Below, in pieces: positions 24,197 through 32,000 of a DNA stretch of 32,000 nucleotides. Location of the stretch: positions 3,690,001 to 3,722,000 of the forward strand of contig NC_009483.1 in assembly GCF_000016745.1 (NCBI RefSeq), written 5' to 3'. Each line of letters begins with the position of its first letter. Position 1 is the first letter of the stretch. This DNA is from Geotalea uraniireducens Rf4. Its GTDB lineage: Bacteria > Desulfobacterota > Desulfuromonadia > Geobacterales > Geobacteraceae. Made by a program: the position numbers and the translations under genes. A model generated the notes under the pieces. It had not been told where the DNA came from. It did not search any database and saw only the letters and a list, made by a program, of their open reading frames with translations.

Positions 24197-24571
24197 TTAC
24201 TGTTTACCGATCAACCCTTCAATGACTTCCATGACCCTGGCGGATCTGAACGGCTTGGTAATGTAAGCATCCGCGCCAACCTGCCTTCCCCGCTCAACAT
24301 CCTGGTTGCTCTTCTTGGCCGTCAACATTACCACAGGAATACTTTTGGTTTCATTATTTTCCTTGATCCGTTTGCAGACCTCGAAACCATCGATCTCCGG
24401 AAGCATGATGTCCAGAATTACAAGATCAGGCCTGTTCGTCTTGATCTCTTCAAGCGCCGCTCTGCCATCCATAACCCCGGTAACTAAATAGCCTTTCGAA
24501 GTAAGAAGTATGCTTTCCAGTTTTAAAAGACTTTCCTCGTCTTCGACAACGAGAATCTTGTTATTGTTCAT
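24197..24571 (-). CDS. cheY: CheY-like single-domain response regulator
   Basis: The receiver signature is LVVEDEES...LVILDIMLP...VVMLTAK...YITKPF. The track start at 24583 is a TTG. The ATG at 24571 sits 6 nt after GGAG and is preferred. Confidence 0.9.
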   Translation of the reverse strand: MNNNKILVVEDEESLLKLESILLTSKGYLVTGVMDGRAALEEIKTNRPDLVILDIMLPEIDGFEVCKRIKENNETKSIPVVMLTAKKSNQDVERGRQVGADAYITKPFRSARVMEVIEGLIGKQ

Positions 24572-24588
24572 GTTCGTCTCCAAATGTC

Positions 24589-25377
24589 TCAGAAGAGGGT
24601 TACATCCAGAATCTTTTCCATGTTGAGCAGAATGAGCATTCGACCGCTAAACCTGCCTATTCCGTTGACGAAATCCCGATCAATCCCTTCCAGAACAGTC
24701 GGCGGCGGCTCAAGGTCTTTCGAGTCGATCCGTACGACCTGGATTACTTCATCCACCAGTATCCCGCAAAAACCGTTGTCACCGTTCTTGACTACGATTA
24801 TCCTTTCCTTGCCTGACGAGGCCCCACCAACAAGACCAAGCCTGACTCGCATATTGAATATCGGAATGATAATCCCGCGCAAAGAAAGAACCCCGGACAC
24901 AAACGAAGGAACGCGCGGAACTTCGGTCACCTCTCGTGGCTTGATGATCTCCTTGATGTCCATGATATTGAGGGCGTATTCTTCTGTTGCCACCCTGAAG
25001 CATAGAAGCTCCTGGGAATCGCGGTTGTCGACCTCCGTCATCAATGTAGGACCAAGAAATGCATCTTCATCGCAACCGGCTCTTTCACGCCCCTGCAGCA
25101 GGACAGCAAGAGGATCATATGGTGAAGGGGCTGCCTCTTCCACCGCGAGAGAGTGCATGCGGCTCTCCAACGGCAGTGCAAAAGGAGCTTCGAGGGGTTG
25201 TCGACGTGGTTCCATGACGGGCTCGGGAAAGGTTTCAACAGGATCGGGATGCATCCCGACAGGCTTGCTCCCCTTTTCCATCGGCTCGACAGCCTGACGT
25301 ACCGTTTCTACCGGCAAGGCACCCTGTCGTTCGTCCTTTTCCTGCTGCGCTTTTTTTCTGATCTCGGCTAAATTCAT
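24589..25377 (-). CDS. CheW-domain protein with a roughly 110-aa Pro/Glu-rich N-terminal extension
   Basis: The C-terminal CheW domain reads LLCFRVATEEYALNIMDIKEIIKPREVTEVPRVPSFVSGVLSLRGIIIPIFNMRVRLGL. The N-terminal region is low-complexity and acidic/Pro-rich. Confidence 0.85.
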   Translation of the reverse strand: MNLAEIRKKAQQEKDERQGALPVETVRQAVEPMEKGSKPVGMHPDPVETFPEPVMEPRRQPLEAPFALPLESRMHSLAVEEAAPSPYDPLAVLLQGRERAGCDEDAFLGPTLMTEVDNRDSQELLCFRVATEEYALNIMDIKEIIKPREVTEVPRVPSFVSGVLSLRGIIIPIFNMRVRLGLVGGASSGKERIIVVKNGDNGFCGILVDEVIQVVRIDSKDLEPPPTVLEGIDRDFVNGIGRFSGRMLILLNMEKILDVTLF

Positions 25378-25395
25378 CTCAAACCTGCAATGGGT

Positions 25396-26196
25396 TTAAA
25401 TGGACAGTTCATCCTTGATTTCTTCTATGATGGAGGCGTCAATCAATGCCGCATCCTTGCCGAAACCGGTAAGAAGGGCATTTGTAGCCACAGCGTTTAT
25501 TTTCCTCGGCACACCGACCGTGATCTCATATATCCGTTGGACCGCATCGGGAGAAAATAGCCCGGCGCCCCCCCCGGCCACCTCCATCCTGAAATCAAGG
25601 TACTCCTGGGTTTCTTCCAGGCTCAGGGGATGAAGATGGTAGTTGATGGCAACACGCTGCCTGAACGGTTCATACAGGGGAGCGGAGATAATCTTGCGCA
25701 GCTCCGGCTGTCCCATGATAACAACACTGAGAAGGTTCCTGTCGTCCAGCTGAAAATTGGTGAGCAGCCTTATTTCGTCAAAGATCTCCCGATCCGGAAT
25801 CAACTGTGCCTCATCTACGACAATCACCGGGCAGCGTCCTTGATCGTGAAAGTGATAAAGCGCCTCGGTTATCTCTCCCAGCAGGCAATCCTTGGCGGTC
25901 GACGGGGTTTCCACGTCCAGATTTGCAGCAATGACACGCAGGAACTCCAGGGCAGTCAGACGCGGATTAAAGATAAAGCAAAAATGGTATGCATCACCCA
26001 TGGTATCCATGAGTGCACGGGAAATAGTTGTTTTGCCGCAGCCGATCTCACCGGTGAGAAGCGCCAATTCCCGTTCTTCGAGCACATACTGGAGCCTTGC
26101 CAGCGCCTCCCGGTGACCGGCACTCATATAGAGAAAACGCGGATCCGGGGTCTTACTGAAAGGCTTCTCATGAAAACCGTAGAACGTCTTGTACAT
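25396..26196 (-). CDS. ExeA/GspA/MshM-like AAA+ ATPase (AAA_22-type), ATPase core only
   Basis: The N-terminus FYGFHEKPFSKTPDPRFLY is typical of ExeA-like proteins. Walker A is GEIGCGKT and Walker B is VIVVDEAQ. At 266 aa it has no C-terminal peptidoglycan-binding region. Its ATG (26196-26194) abuts the cheA TAA stop (26199-26197). Confidence 0.8.
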   Translation of the reverse strand: MYKTFYGFHEKPFSKTPDPRFLYMSAGHREALARLQYVLEERELALLTGEIGCGKTTISRALMDTMGDAYHFCFIFNPRLTALEFLRVIAANLDVETPSTAKDCLLGEITEALYHFHDQGRCPVIVVDEAQLIPDREIFDEIRLLTNFQLDDRNLLSVVIMGQPELRKIISAPLYEPFRQRVAINYHLHPLSLEETQEYLDFRMEVAGGGAGLFSPDAVQRIYEITVGVPRKINAVATNALLTGFGKDAALIDASIIEEIKDELSI

Positions 26197-28212
26197 TTAA
26201 GCCCCGCCCCTGACAGCCTCGTTGATAATTCCACCAACATCGAGCACAAGGATCGTGCGTTGGTCGCCAAGGTCGGCAGCGCCGGAAATCCCTTTGAACC
26301 CCTTGAAGGTTTCACCAATGGATTTAATAACAATATCCTGCTGCCCCAGAAGATCATCCACTACCATGCCGAGGCGCTTTTCCGCTGCACCAACCACGAC
26401 TACATAGAAATTTTCCTGCTGTTCCCCTTGTGTCTCCGTCTCGAAAAATTTGCCGAGGCGAAGTAAAGGCAGCGTATTCTCCCGCAACTGTATGACTTCT
26501 TTCTTTTCCACGGTGCGGACGTCCTTTCGCTCCACCAGAATCGTCTCAAGAACCGACGTAATGGGAAGGGCATAGGTGCGGCCGACCGAAGATATGATCA
26601 GGGCTTTGATGATGGCAAGGGTTATGGGAAGCGTGATGATCATGCTGCTCCCTTCCCCCGGGTAGCTCTCGACATCAACCATGCCGGAAAGCGCTGCAAT
26701 ATTCGTTCTGACCACATCCATGCCGACACCGCGGCCGGAAATCTCGCTCACCTTGTCGCTCGTGGAAAAACCGGGGAGGAATATGAGATCCAACGCTTCC
26801 TTGTCATGGATAGCTTCAATGCTGGGAATAAGTCCCTTTTCCAAAGCCTTGCGCTTCACCTTTTCGATATCTATACCGGCGCCGTCATCCTCCACCTGAA
26901 TGACCACGTGGTTCCCTTTCTGATAGGAAGAGAGCTTTATGACCCCCTTTTCATCCTTTCCGGCCAGGATACGTTTTTCGGGTGTTTCGATGCCGTGATC
27001 AATGGAATTTCGGATGATGTGCATCATCGGATCGGAGATATCTTCAATTATCAGCTTGTCCAGCTCGGTGTCTGCGCCGAACATTTTCAGCTCGACCTTT
27101 TTCCCCTGCTCTCTGGAGATTTTGCGGACGATGCGCGCCATTTTTTCAAAAAGCTGACCAACGGGGATCATGCGGATTTCCATTACTCCCTTCTGCAGTT
27201 CAGTCAGCTTTCGCTCCAAACCTTTGGCAGCCTTGGTCAGTTCTATGGAAGGGGCCGAATAACCGTCCAATCTCATCCGGCCGGCCAGTTGGCTGATTGT
27301 TGAGTGGGAAAGAACCAGTTCTCCGACGATGTTCATGAGCTCGTCGAGTTTGCTGATATCCACACGCACTGTGCGGCTCATGCTCTTTGCCGTCATGGAG
27401 GCTTCCGGGGCCAGGGAAGGCGCCATTTCCTGCATTTCGGCCGGCTGGGAAGGAGACTCCCCACCAAGGAGCATTACCGTTATATTGTCCCGGTCAATCA
27501 GAGCCGTTACTTCTGCGCTGACCTTTTCCGAACCGAATAAAATTTCAAAATTTATGGAGGATTCCAGCCCCCCCCCTGCACTCGGCAGGGTACTGATAAC
27601 CTCTCCCGCGCTTTTCAGGACGTCGGTCAACTCACCCAGATCCTGGTCGAATGTGGCGAGACTGAAGGATGCGAGAATGGAAAAGATCCTGCGCCCCTTT
27701 TTTACGTTCTCAAGAAGCCGGTGCTCTTCATACTCGGTAAGCGAGCCGAGCACTCGTTCAGAGAGCCCGAGTTTTGCCAACGGGGAAACTGATTCCTCTT
27801 TTTGTACCGCGCAGACACAGGAGCTGATACGTGCCACGGCCTGAGAAATGTCATGCAACTGCCGATCGGCAGTTCCGGCGCTCTGGACCAGCGTACCCAG
27901 CAATTCCATGGACTCGAAAAGAACGCTGATGGTGTTCTGGCTGAGCGACACCTTCCCGAGACGCAGTGAGTCGAGCAGGTTTTCCATATTGTGCGACAAT
28001 TCGGCGATATCGGTAAAACCGAACATACCGGCAAGACCCTTCAGGGAATGGGCTCCGCGGAAAATGGAATTAACCAGGTCAGGATTGAAGTCGCCACCGT
28101 CAGCACAGTCACTGAGAGCGACAAGGTCCAGACTCAACTGGTCGATAATCTCCTCAGCTTCTGCCAGAAAATCCTTGGCGGCTTTACCTATGGCATTGTC
28201 AACACCGGTCAT
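26197..28212 (-). CDS. cheA: Chemotaxis-type histidine kinase CheA
   Basis: The Hpt domain has the phospho-His box FRGAHSLKGLAG. A dimerisation region is present. The N-box is HIIRNSIDHGIE, G1 is VEDDGAGID and G2 is GRGVGMDVV. A C-terminal CheW-like P5 domain is present. Confidence 0.96.
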   Translation of the reverse strand: MTGVDNAIGKAAKDFLAEAEEIIDQLSLDLVALSDCADGGDFNPDLVNSIFRGAHSLKGLAGMFGFTDIAELSHNMENLLDSLRLGKVSLSQNTISVLFESMELLGTLVQSAGTADRQLHDISQAVARISSCVCAVQKEESVSPLAKLGLSERVLGSLTEYEEHRLLENVKKGRRIFSILASFSLATFDQDLGELTDVLKSAGEVISTLPSAGGGLESSINFEILFGSEKVSAEVTALIDRDNITVMLLGGESPSQPAEMQEMAPSLAPEASMTAKSMSRTVRVDISKLDELMNIVGELVLSHSTISQLAGRMRLDGYSAPSIELTKAAKGLERKLTELQKGVMEIRMIPVGQLFEKMARIVRKISREQGKKVELKMFGADTELDKLIIEDISDPMMHIIRNSIDHGIETPEKRILAGKDEKGVIKLSSYQKGNHVVIQVEDDGAGIDIEKVKRKALEKGLIPSIEAIHDKEALDLIFLPGFSTSDKVSEISGRGVGMDVVRTNIAALSGMVDVESYPGEGSSMIITLPITLAIIKALIISSVGRTYALPITSVLETILVERKDVRTVEKKEVIQLRENTLPLLRLGKFFETETQGEQQENFYVVVVGAAEKRLGMVVDDLLGQQDIVIKSIGETFKGFKGISGAADLGDQRTILVLDVGGIINEAVRGGA

Positions 28213-28275
28213 AAAATCTCACTTGATGGATAAGGGCGAATTGCGTTCGTCCAACAGCCGGACATGCCACGCGCC

Positions 28276-28641
28276 CTACCCCAGATATGTGCCGATCAGT
28301 TCCTGAAGTTTGAGAGGATCAAAGGGTTTTACCAGGTATTCGTTGGCTCCGAGCGCCAGTCCCTTCTCCAGATCCTTGTCACTGCTTTCAGTGGAGATGA
28401 TAAAGAGTGGAATGTCCTGATAGTTGGGATTGTTTCTCACATAGCTGATCAATTCAAGGCCGTTTATGTCGGGCATGTTTATGTCGGTTATGATAAGATC
28501 CACCTGTTCCCGCGGCAAAAGGCGCAACGCCTCAAAACCGCTGGCAGCCTCAATGATTTCATATTTTTCCAGGGAATCAATGGTTGAAACGAGCAGAGAG
28601 CGCATGGTATTGGAATCTTCGGCTATCAGTATCTTTTTCAC
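28276..28641 (-). CDS. cheY: CheY-like single-domain response regulator
   Basis: The receiver signature is LIAEDSN...LIITDINMP...FIISTES...YLVKPF. The GTG start at 28641 sits 4 nt after GGAGG and overlaps the upstream gene's TGA stop (GTGA). Confidence 0.9.
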   Translation of the reverse strand: MKKILIAEDSNTMRSLLVSTIDSLEKYEIIEAASGFEALRLLPREQVDLIITDINMPDINGLELISYVRNNPNYQDIPLFIISTESSDKDLEKGLALGANEYLVKPFDPLKLQELIGTYLG

Positions 28642-30341
28642 AACTCCTCCCGGCTTTTATCCTTTAATCTACGCTGTAAAAGAGCTTTTTCCATCGCCAA
28701 ACCCGCTTGCGAAAGGAATATTTCCAGCGAGTCGGTGTCCCCTATCGGTTTCATTTCAGGGAGATTGTCACCATACAATACCGCAACCACCTTGCCTTCG
28801 CTGACTATCGGACCGACAAAGGATTCCGCCGGTTGCTCGCCGCCCAACTGCTCGATGAAATATCGATTCCACTTTGAATCATCGGGTTTCGCCTTGACCG
28901 GCAGCAAAGTCTCAACAACCTCGCTGAACAGCGAGGTCTCTCCCTTGGGGATGCGCATGGATCTGATTTTTGAATCGGCAAGCCCCTCGCTGTCGTTGAT
29001 GCCGAACTGCCCGAGGCCGGCAATTTCGTCTTTTTTAACAATGAGGACGACGGCGCGATTCATGAACTCGGAAGCGAAGCGGAGCACCAGCAGAATGATT
29101 CCACCGCCGAGAGACGGATTGTTCAGTTCGTCGAGCATTCCCCGCAGAAGGGAAATACCGGTACTCTGTTCAACCGGCTTGGCAGGCGGATAAAGCCCTT
29201 CCCCCATTTCAAGGCGCAGTTCATCGCCGATATTGACCTTGTCGCTCGGTACAGCCATTCCTCCGCAGGATTCAACCCGGGCCAATTCCGGGAGAAGACC
29301 GGCCTTGAAAGTCCGGAGCAAGGCCGGATCCTGGATCTCCGTCTTGCGCGGCTTCATAATGATGGGAAACCCCATCGCCTTTACCTTCCGTTCTGCGTCG
29401 CTGTTGTGATAGTCAGTCAGTACGAGCACGGGAAGAGCCGCAAAGTTATTACCAATCAGTTCAAGAAGTTCCAATCCCCCCAGAATTCCCGAGCCGTCCA
29501 TCCTCGGCATGATCAGATCCACGAGAACCGTCGGATGACGGCCATCGCGGCACAGAGTGTCAATCTTTATCAGGGCCTCTTCACTCTTCTCAAGGGCGCA
29601 TACTTCATATCTCCCGCCTTCAAGGAGAGAAACAAACGCGTCGCGGGTATCGGCGTCGTCATCGACCAACACCACCAGCCGCCGTTCTCCCTGCTCGGAC
29701 AGAACGGACTCCGGTTCCGGCGCAGACTCAGGGGATTGCAACAGGTCAAAAGCAAAATCGACACTCTCTTCAGCCTGAACCGGTGCCGGTTGAGACTGCT
29801 CTGCATCTTCCAGGGATTCGCCGCGGTGTCGTTTTTCATCGATGATCCTGGAGCCTTCCATGGCCAGGAACTGGGGGTTGAGTCCCTGTTCCAGCATGAA
29901 CTGCATCGGGTCCATCCTGGTATGATCGACCGCTTCGACCGTATCCTGAAGTTCGAAATCGAAAGAGCCTTCTGCCCATGCAAAAAGGGAATAGACGACA
30001 GATTCGATCTGCTCGTGCACTACCCCTTCAATGGCCTCGGAACTGACATTGAATCGCTTTATCAGGATGGTTCCCAGCAGCTCGGAAAAACCTTCGTCTT
30101 CCTGAATGCTCAGCGCCTGTTTGAGGGTAGTGAGATCGATAATCCCTTTCTGGATCAAGACCTCGCCCAGGTTTTGCTGATAAGAGCTTGAGCTGGCACG
30201 GATAACCTGGCCGCTGCGGAAGATGATTCTCGCTTCACGCCCCCTGCTGTGCAAGGCAAGAATCCCCGACTTCCGGCTCAGGCTTACTATCTGCAAAATT
30301 TCGCCGAGCCCCAGATCTTCCAAATTTCCGACAAGACTCAT
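28638..30341 (-). CDS. PATAN (DUF4388) - receiver - GAF-like three-domain protein
   Basis: The N-terminus MSLVGNLEDLGLGEILQIVSLSRKSGILAL...GEVLIQKGIIDLTTLKQAL matches the PATAN/DUF4388 pattern. The central receiver reads LVVLVDDDADTRD...TVLVDLIMPRMDG...VLVLTD...IIMKP. The C-terminal roughly 170 aa are GAF-like (RAVVLIVKKDEIAGLGQFG...VVAVLYGDN...FLSQAGLAMEKALL). Confidence 0.8.
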   Translation of the reverse strand: MSLVGNLEDLGLGEILQIVSLSRKSGILALHSRGREARIIFRSGQVIRASSSSYQQNLGEVLIQKGIIDLTTLKQALSIQEDEGFSELLGTILIKRFNVSSEAIEGVVHEQIESVVYSLFAWAEGSFDFELQDTVEAVDHTRMDPMQFMLEQGLNPQFLAMEGSRIIDEKRHRGESLEDAEQSQPAPVQAEESVDFAFDLLQSPESAPEPESVLSEQGERRLVVLVDDDADTRDAFVSLLEGGRYEVCALEKSEEALIKIDTLCRDGRHPTVLVDLIMPRMDGSGILGGLELLELIGNNFAALPVLVLTDYHNSDAERKVKAMGFPIIMKPRKTEIQDPALLRTFKAGLLPELARVESCGGMAVPSDKVNIGDELRLEMGEGLYPPAKPVEQSTGISLLRGMLDELNNPSLGGGIILLVLRFASEFMNRAVVLIVKKDEIAGLGQFGINDSEGLADSKIRSMRIPKGETSLFSEVVETLLPVKAKPDDSKWNRYFIEQLGGEQPAESFVGPIVSEGKVVAVLYGDNLPEMKPIGDTDSLEIFLSQAGLAMEKALLQRRLKDKSREEL

Positions 30342-30385
30342 AGTGACGGAACTCGATAAAAAAAGGAATTTAGTAACAGGCGCTC

Positions 30386-30414
30386 ATACTAAACTATCCG
30401 ACAACCTAAGTAAA
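30386..30414 (-). promoter_or_regulatory. Candidate sigma70-type promoter for the Che-like operon
   Basis: The minus strand reads TTTACT (30414-30409), a 17-nt spacer, then TAGTAT (30391-30386). It lies in the 81-nt der / first che gene spacer. No terminator follows der, so read-through from era-der is equally possible. Confidence 0.3.
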
Positions 30415-30422
30415 GAGGAGAT

Positions 30423-31748
30423 TTACGCCCTTTTACGGCTCTCTCGACCCTTGAAAAGCAGGCGCATGGGTGTGCCGGTGAAGCCGAAAGCCTCCCTGAA
30501 CCTGTTGACAATGTACCGCTCGTAGGAAAAATGCACTCCATCGGGACGATTGGTGAAAATAACGATCGAGGGGGGTTTTGTTCCTACCTGGGTGGCGAAA
30601 TAGAATTTGACCCGCCGTCCCTGGTAGAGCGGGGCATGGTGCTCCTCGGTAGCCGTGCTGAATACCCTGTTCAGATCGGAGGTGGTGATACGCCGGGCAA
30701 ACTGCTCCATTACCGCATCCACTTCGGTCATGATCTTGCCGAGTCGCTGGCCGGTCTTCGCCGAAACAAATACTATGGGCGCAAAGGGGAGGTATTTGAA
30801 CTCCATGCGAATTTTCTCGATAAACTTGCCCATGGAGGCGTTATCCTTGGTCAGGGTATCCCACTTGTTGACGACGAAAATACAGCCGCGGCCGGCTTCA
30901 TAGGCATAACCGGCGATCTTCGTATCCTGCTCCGTAACACCTTCTTCCGCGTCTATGACGATAAGCACCACATCGGCACGCTCGATACTGCGCAGGGAGT
31001 CCACCACGCTGTATTTCTCGATTTTCTCGGTGGTCTTCCCTTTTCGTCTGATGCCGGCCGTGTCGATAAGCAGGTAGCGCTTGCGGTTACAGGTAAAATA
31101 CGTGTCAATGGAGTCCCTGGTAGTGCCGGGAGTTGGGTTGGCCACCACCCGTTCAATACCGAGCAGGCGATTCACAAGCGTCGATTTCCCCACGTTGGGA
31201 CGGCCGATCACCGCTATTTTAGTCACCTCTTCGTCCGTATCAGCCGCAGAACCTTTGGGCAAGGCCTTTATGACCTCATCCATCAAGTCGTTCACGCCAC
31301 GGTTGTGCTCAGCAGAAACAGTGAAAATGGTATCCACGCCAAGCGTGTAAAAATCGCCAATGGCTGTCTCCTGCTTGTCGCCGTCAATCTTGTTGATCAG
31401 GTAAAAAATCGGCTTATCCACCCGACGCAGCATTTCGACAACCTCCACGTCAGCCGGGGTCAGACCATCCCTCCCATCCATAACGAAGAGTATGACATCG
31501 GCCTCTGCCATGGCCAGCTGCGACTGCTCACGCATCTGCTGCAACAGCCGGTCGTTTGTTTCCGGTTCGAAACCGCCGGTGTCAATAAGAATAAAGGGAA
31601 CGTCAAAACGGTCAACGTTGGCATAGTTGCGATCGCGGGTCACCCCAGGCATATCGTCAACCATTGCCTTACGCCGGCCGACAATCCGGTTGAACAGGGT
31701 CGATTTACCCACATTTGGCCGTCCAACTATAGCAATCAAAGGTCTCAT
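30423..31748 (-). CDS. der: Ribosome-associated GTPase Der (EngA), two tandem G domains
   Basis: There are two P-loops, [13 protein letters not shown] and [13 protein letters not shown], plus a C-terminal KH-like domain. I moved the start to the ATG at 31748 ([16 protein letters not shown]). This ATG forms an ATGA overlap with the era stop at 31745-31747. The track start at 31790 is over-extended. Confidence 0.95.
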   Translation of the reverse strand: MRPLIAIVGRPNVGKSTLFNRIVGRRKAMVDDMPGVTRDRNYANVDRFDVPFILIDTGGFEPETNDRLLQQMREQSQLAMAEADVILFVMDGRDGLTPADVEVVEMLRRVDKPIFYLINKIDGDKQETAIGDFYTLGVDTIFTVSAEHNRGVNDLMDEVIKALPKGSAADTDEEVTKIAVIGRPNVGKSTLVNRLLGIERVVANPTPGTTRDSIDTYFTCNRKRYLLIDTAGIRRKGKTTEKIEKYSVVDSLRSIERADVVLIVIDAEEGVTEQDTKIAGYAYEAGRGCIFVVNKWDTLTKDNASMGKFIEKIRMEFKYLPFAPIVFVSAKTGQRLGKIMTEVDAVMEQFARRITTSDLNRVFSTATEEHHAPLYQGRRVKFYFATQVGTKPPSIVIFTNRPDGVHFSYERYIVNRFREAFGFTGTPMRLLFKGRESRKRA

Positions 31749-32000
31749 TCGTAACCAAACTCCTTCAGCATTCGCGTATTTTCGCTCCATTCCTTGCTCA
31801 CCCGCACAAACAGCTCAAGAAAAACCTTTGTGTCGAGGAGTTCTTCTATCTCCCGGCGTGCCTGCATGCCGATCCTCTTCAGCATCTCCCCCTTCTTCCC
31901 GATCACAATCCCCTTCTGCGACTCCCGCTCCACGTTAATGGCAGCCGCAATGGAAACAAGCCCGTCAGCGCGCTCCTTAAAGCTCTCCACCACGACCGCC
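31745..32000 (-). CDS. era: GTPase Era, C-terminal KH-domain part only (N-terminus outside the window)
   Basis: [22 protein letters not shown]...[13 protein letters not shown]...LKEFGYE is the Era KH domain. The frame stays open upstream of the track's internal GTG, through position 32000. Confidence 0.9.
   Translation of the reverse strand, partial: AVVVESFKERADGLVSIAAAINVERESQKGIVIGKKGEMLKRIGMQARREIEELLDTKVFLELFVRVSKEWSENTRMLKEFGYE

Noticed and set aside
17896-31754. Long plus-strand ORFs across the che, der and era genes, for example 17896-18624, 21569-22303, 25630-26466, 26806-27303, 27329-27844, 29406-30191 and 30531-31754
   Set aside because: Each is antisense to a gene with strong family signatures (GAF protein, HEAT protein, AAA ATPase, CheA, PATAN-REC protein, Der). 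None has an RBS or a recognisable domain.

Overview
This looks like a chromosomal segment from a Geobacter-like deltaproteobacterium (Geobacteraceae-type). That inference rests on the polymeric c7-type multihaem cytochrome and the gene content; no database search was possible. The window is densely coding and mostly on the minus strand.

Positions 1-6119 (minus) hold housekeeping genes: guaA (partial), guaB, an M42 peptidase, a BFN/DUF151 nuclease-domain protein and miaB.

Positions 6120-10330 (plus) form the only accessory-looking block. It opens with a 428-bp AT-rich control region, followed by three separately terminated genes: an outer-membrane beta-barrel with an N-terminal coiled coil, a small secreted orphan protein, and an octahaem c-type cytochrome.

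Positions 10348-14881 hold rpsT (plus), then holA, lptE and leuS (minus).

Positions 15089-30341 (minus) hold 14 collinear genes with no gap over about 100 nt and no recognisable internal terminator. This is a Che-like signalling operon: cheA, two cheW, three cheY, cheB and cheR. It encodes no MCP and no membrane protein. It also carries a PATAN(DUF4388)-REC-GAF-like protein, an ExeA/GspA-like AAA+ ATPase, a zinc-ribbon-REC protein, a 674-aa HEAT-repeat protein and a coiled-coil GAF protein. It ends in a 27-haem cytochrome built from nine tandem c7-type domains.

Positions 30423-32000 (minus) hold der and era (partial).

I saw no rRNA, tRNA, CRISPR array, transposase or integrase.

The best candidates for under-described biology are the MCP-less Che-like operon coupled to the 27-haem cytochrome, and the beta-barrel / small protein / octahaem cytochrome trio.

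Several ORF-track starts are over-extended. I corrected them using RBS positions and ATGA/GTGA/TAATG stop-start overlaps.
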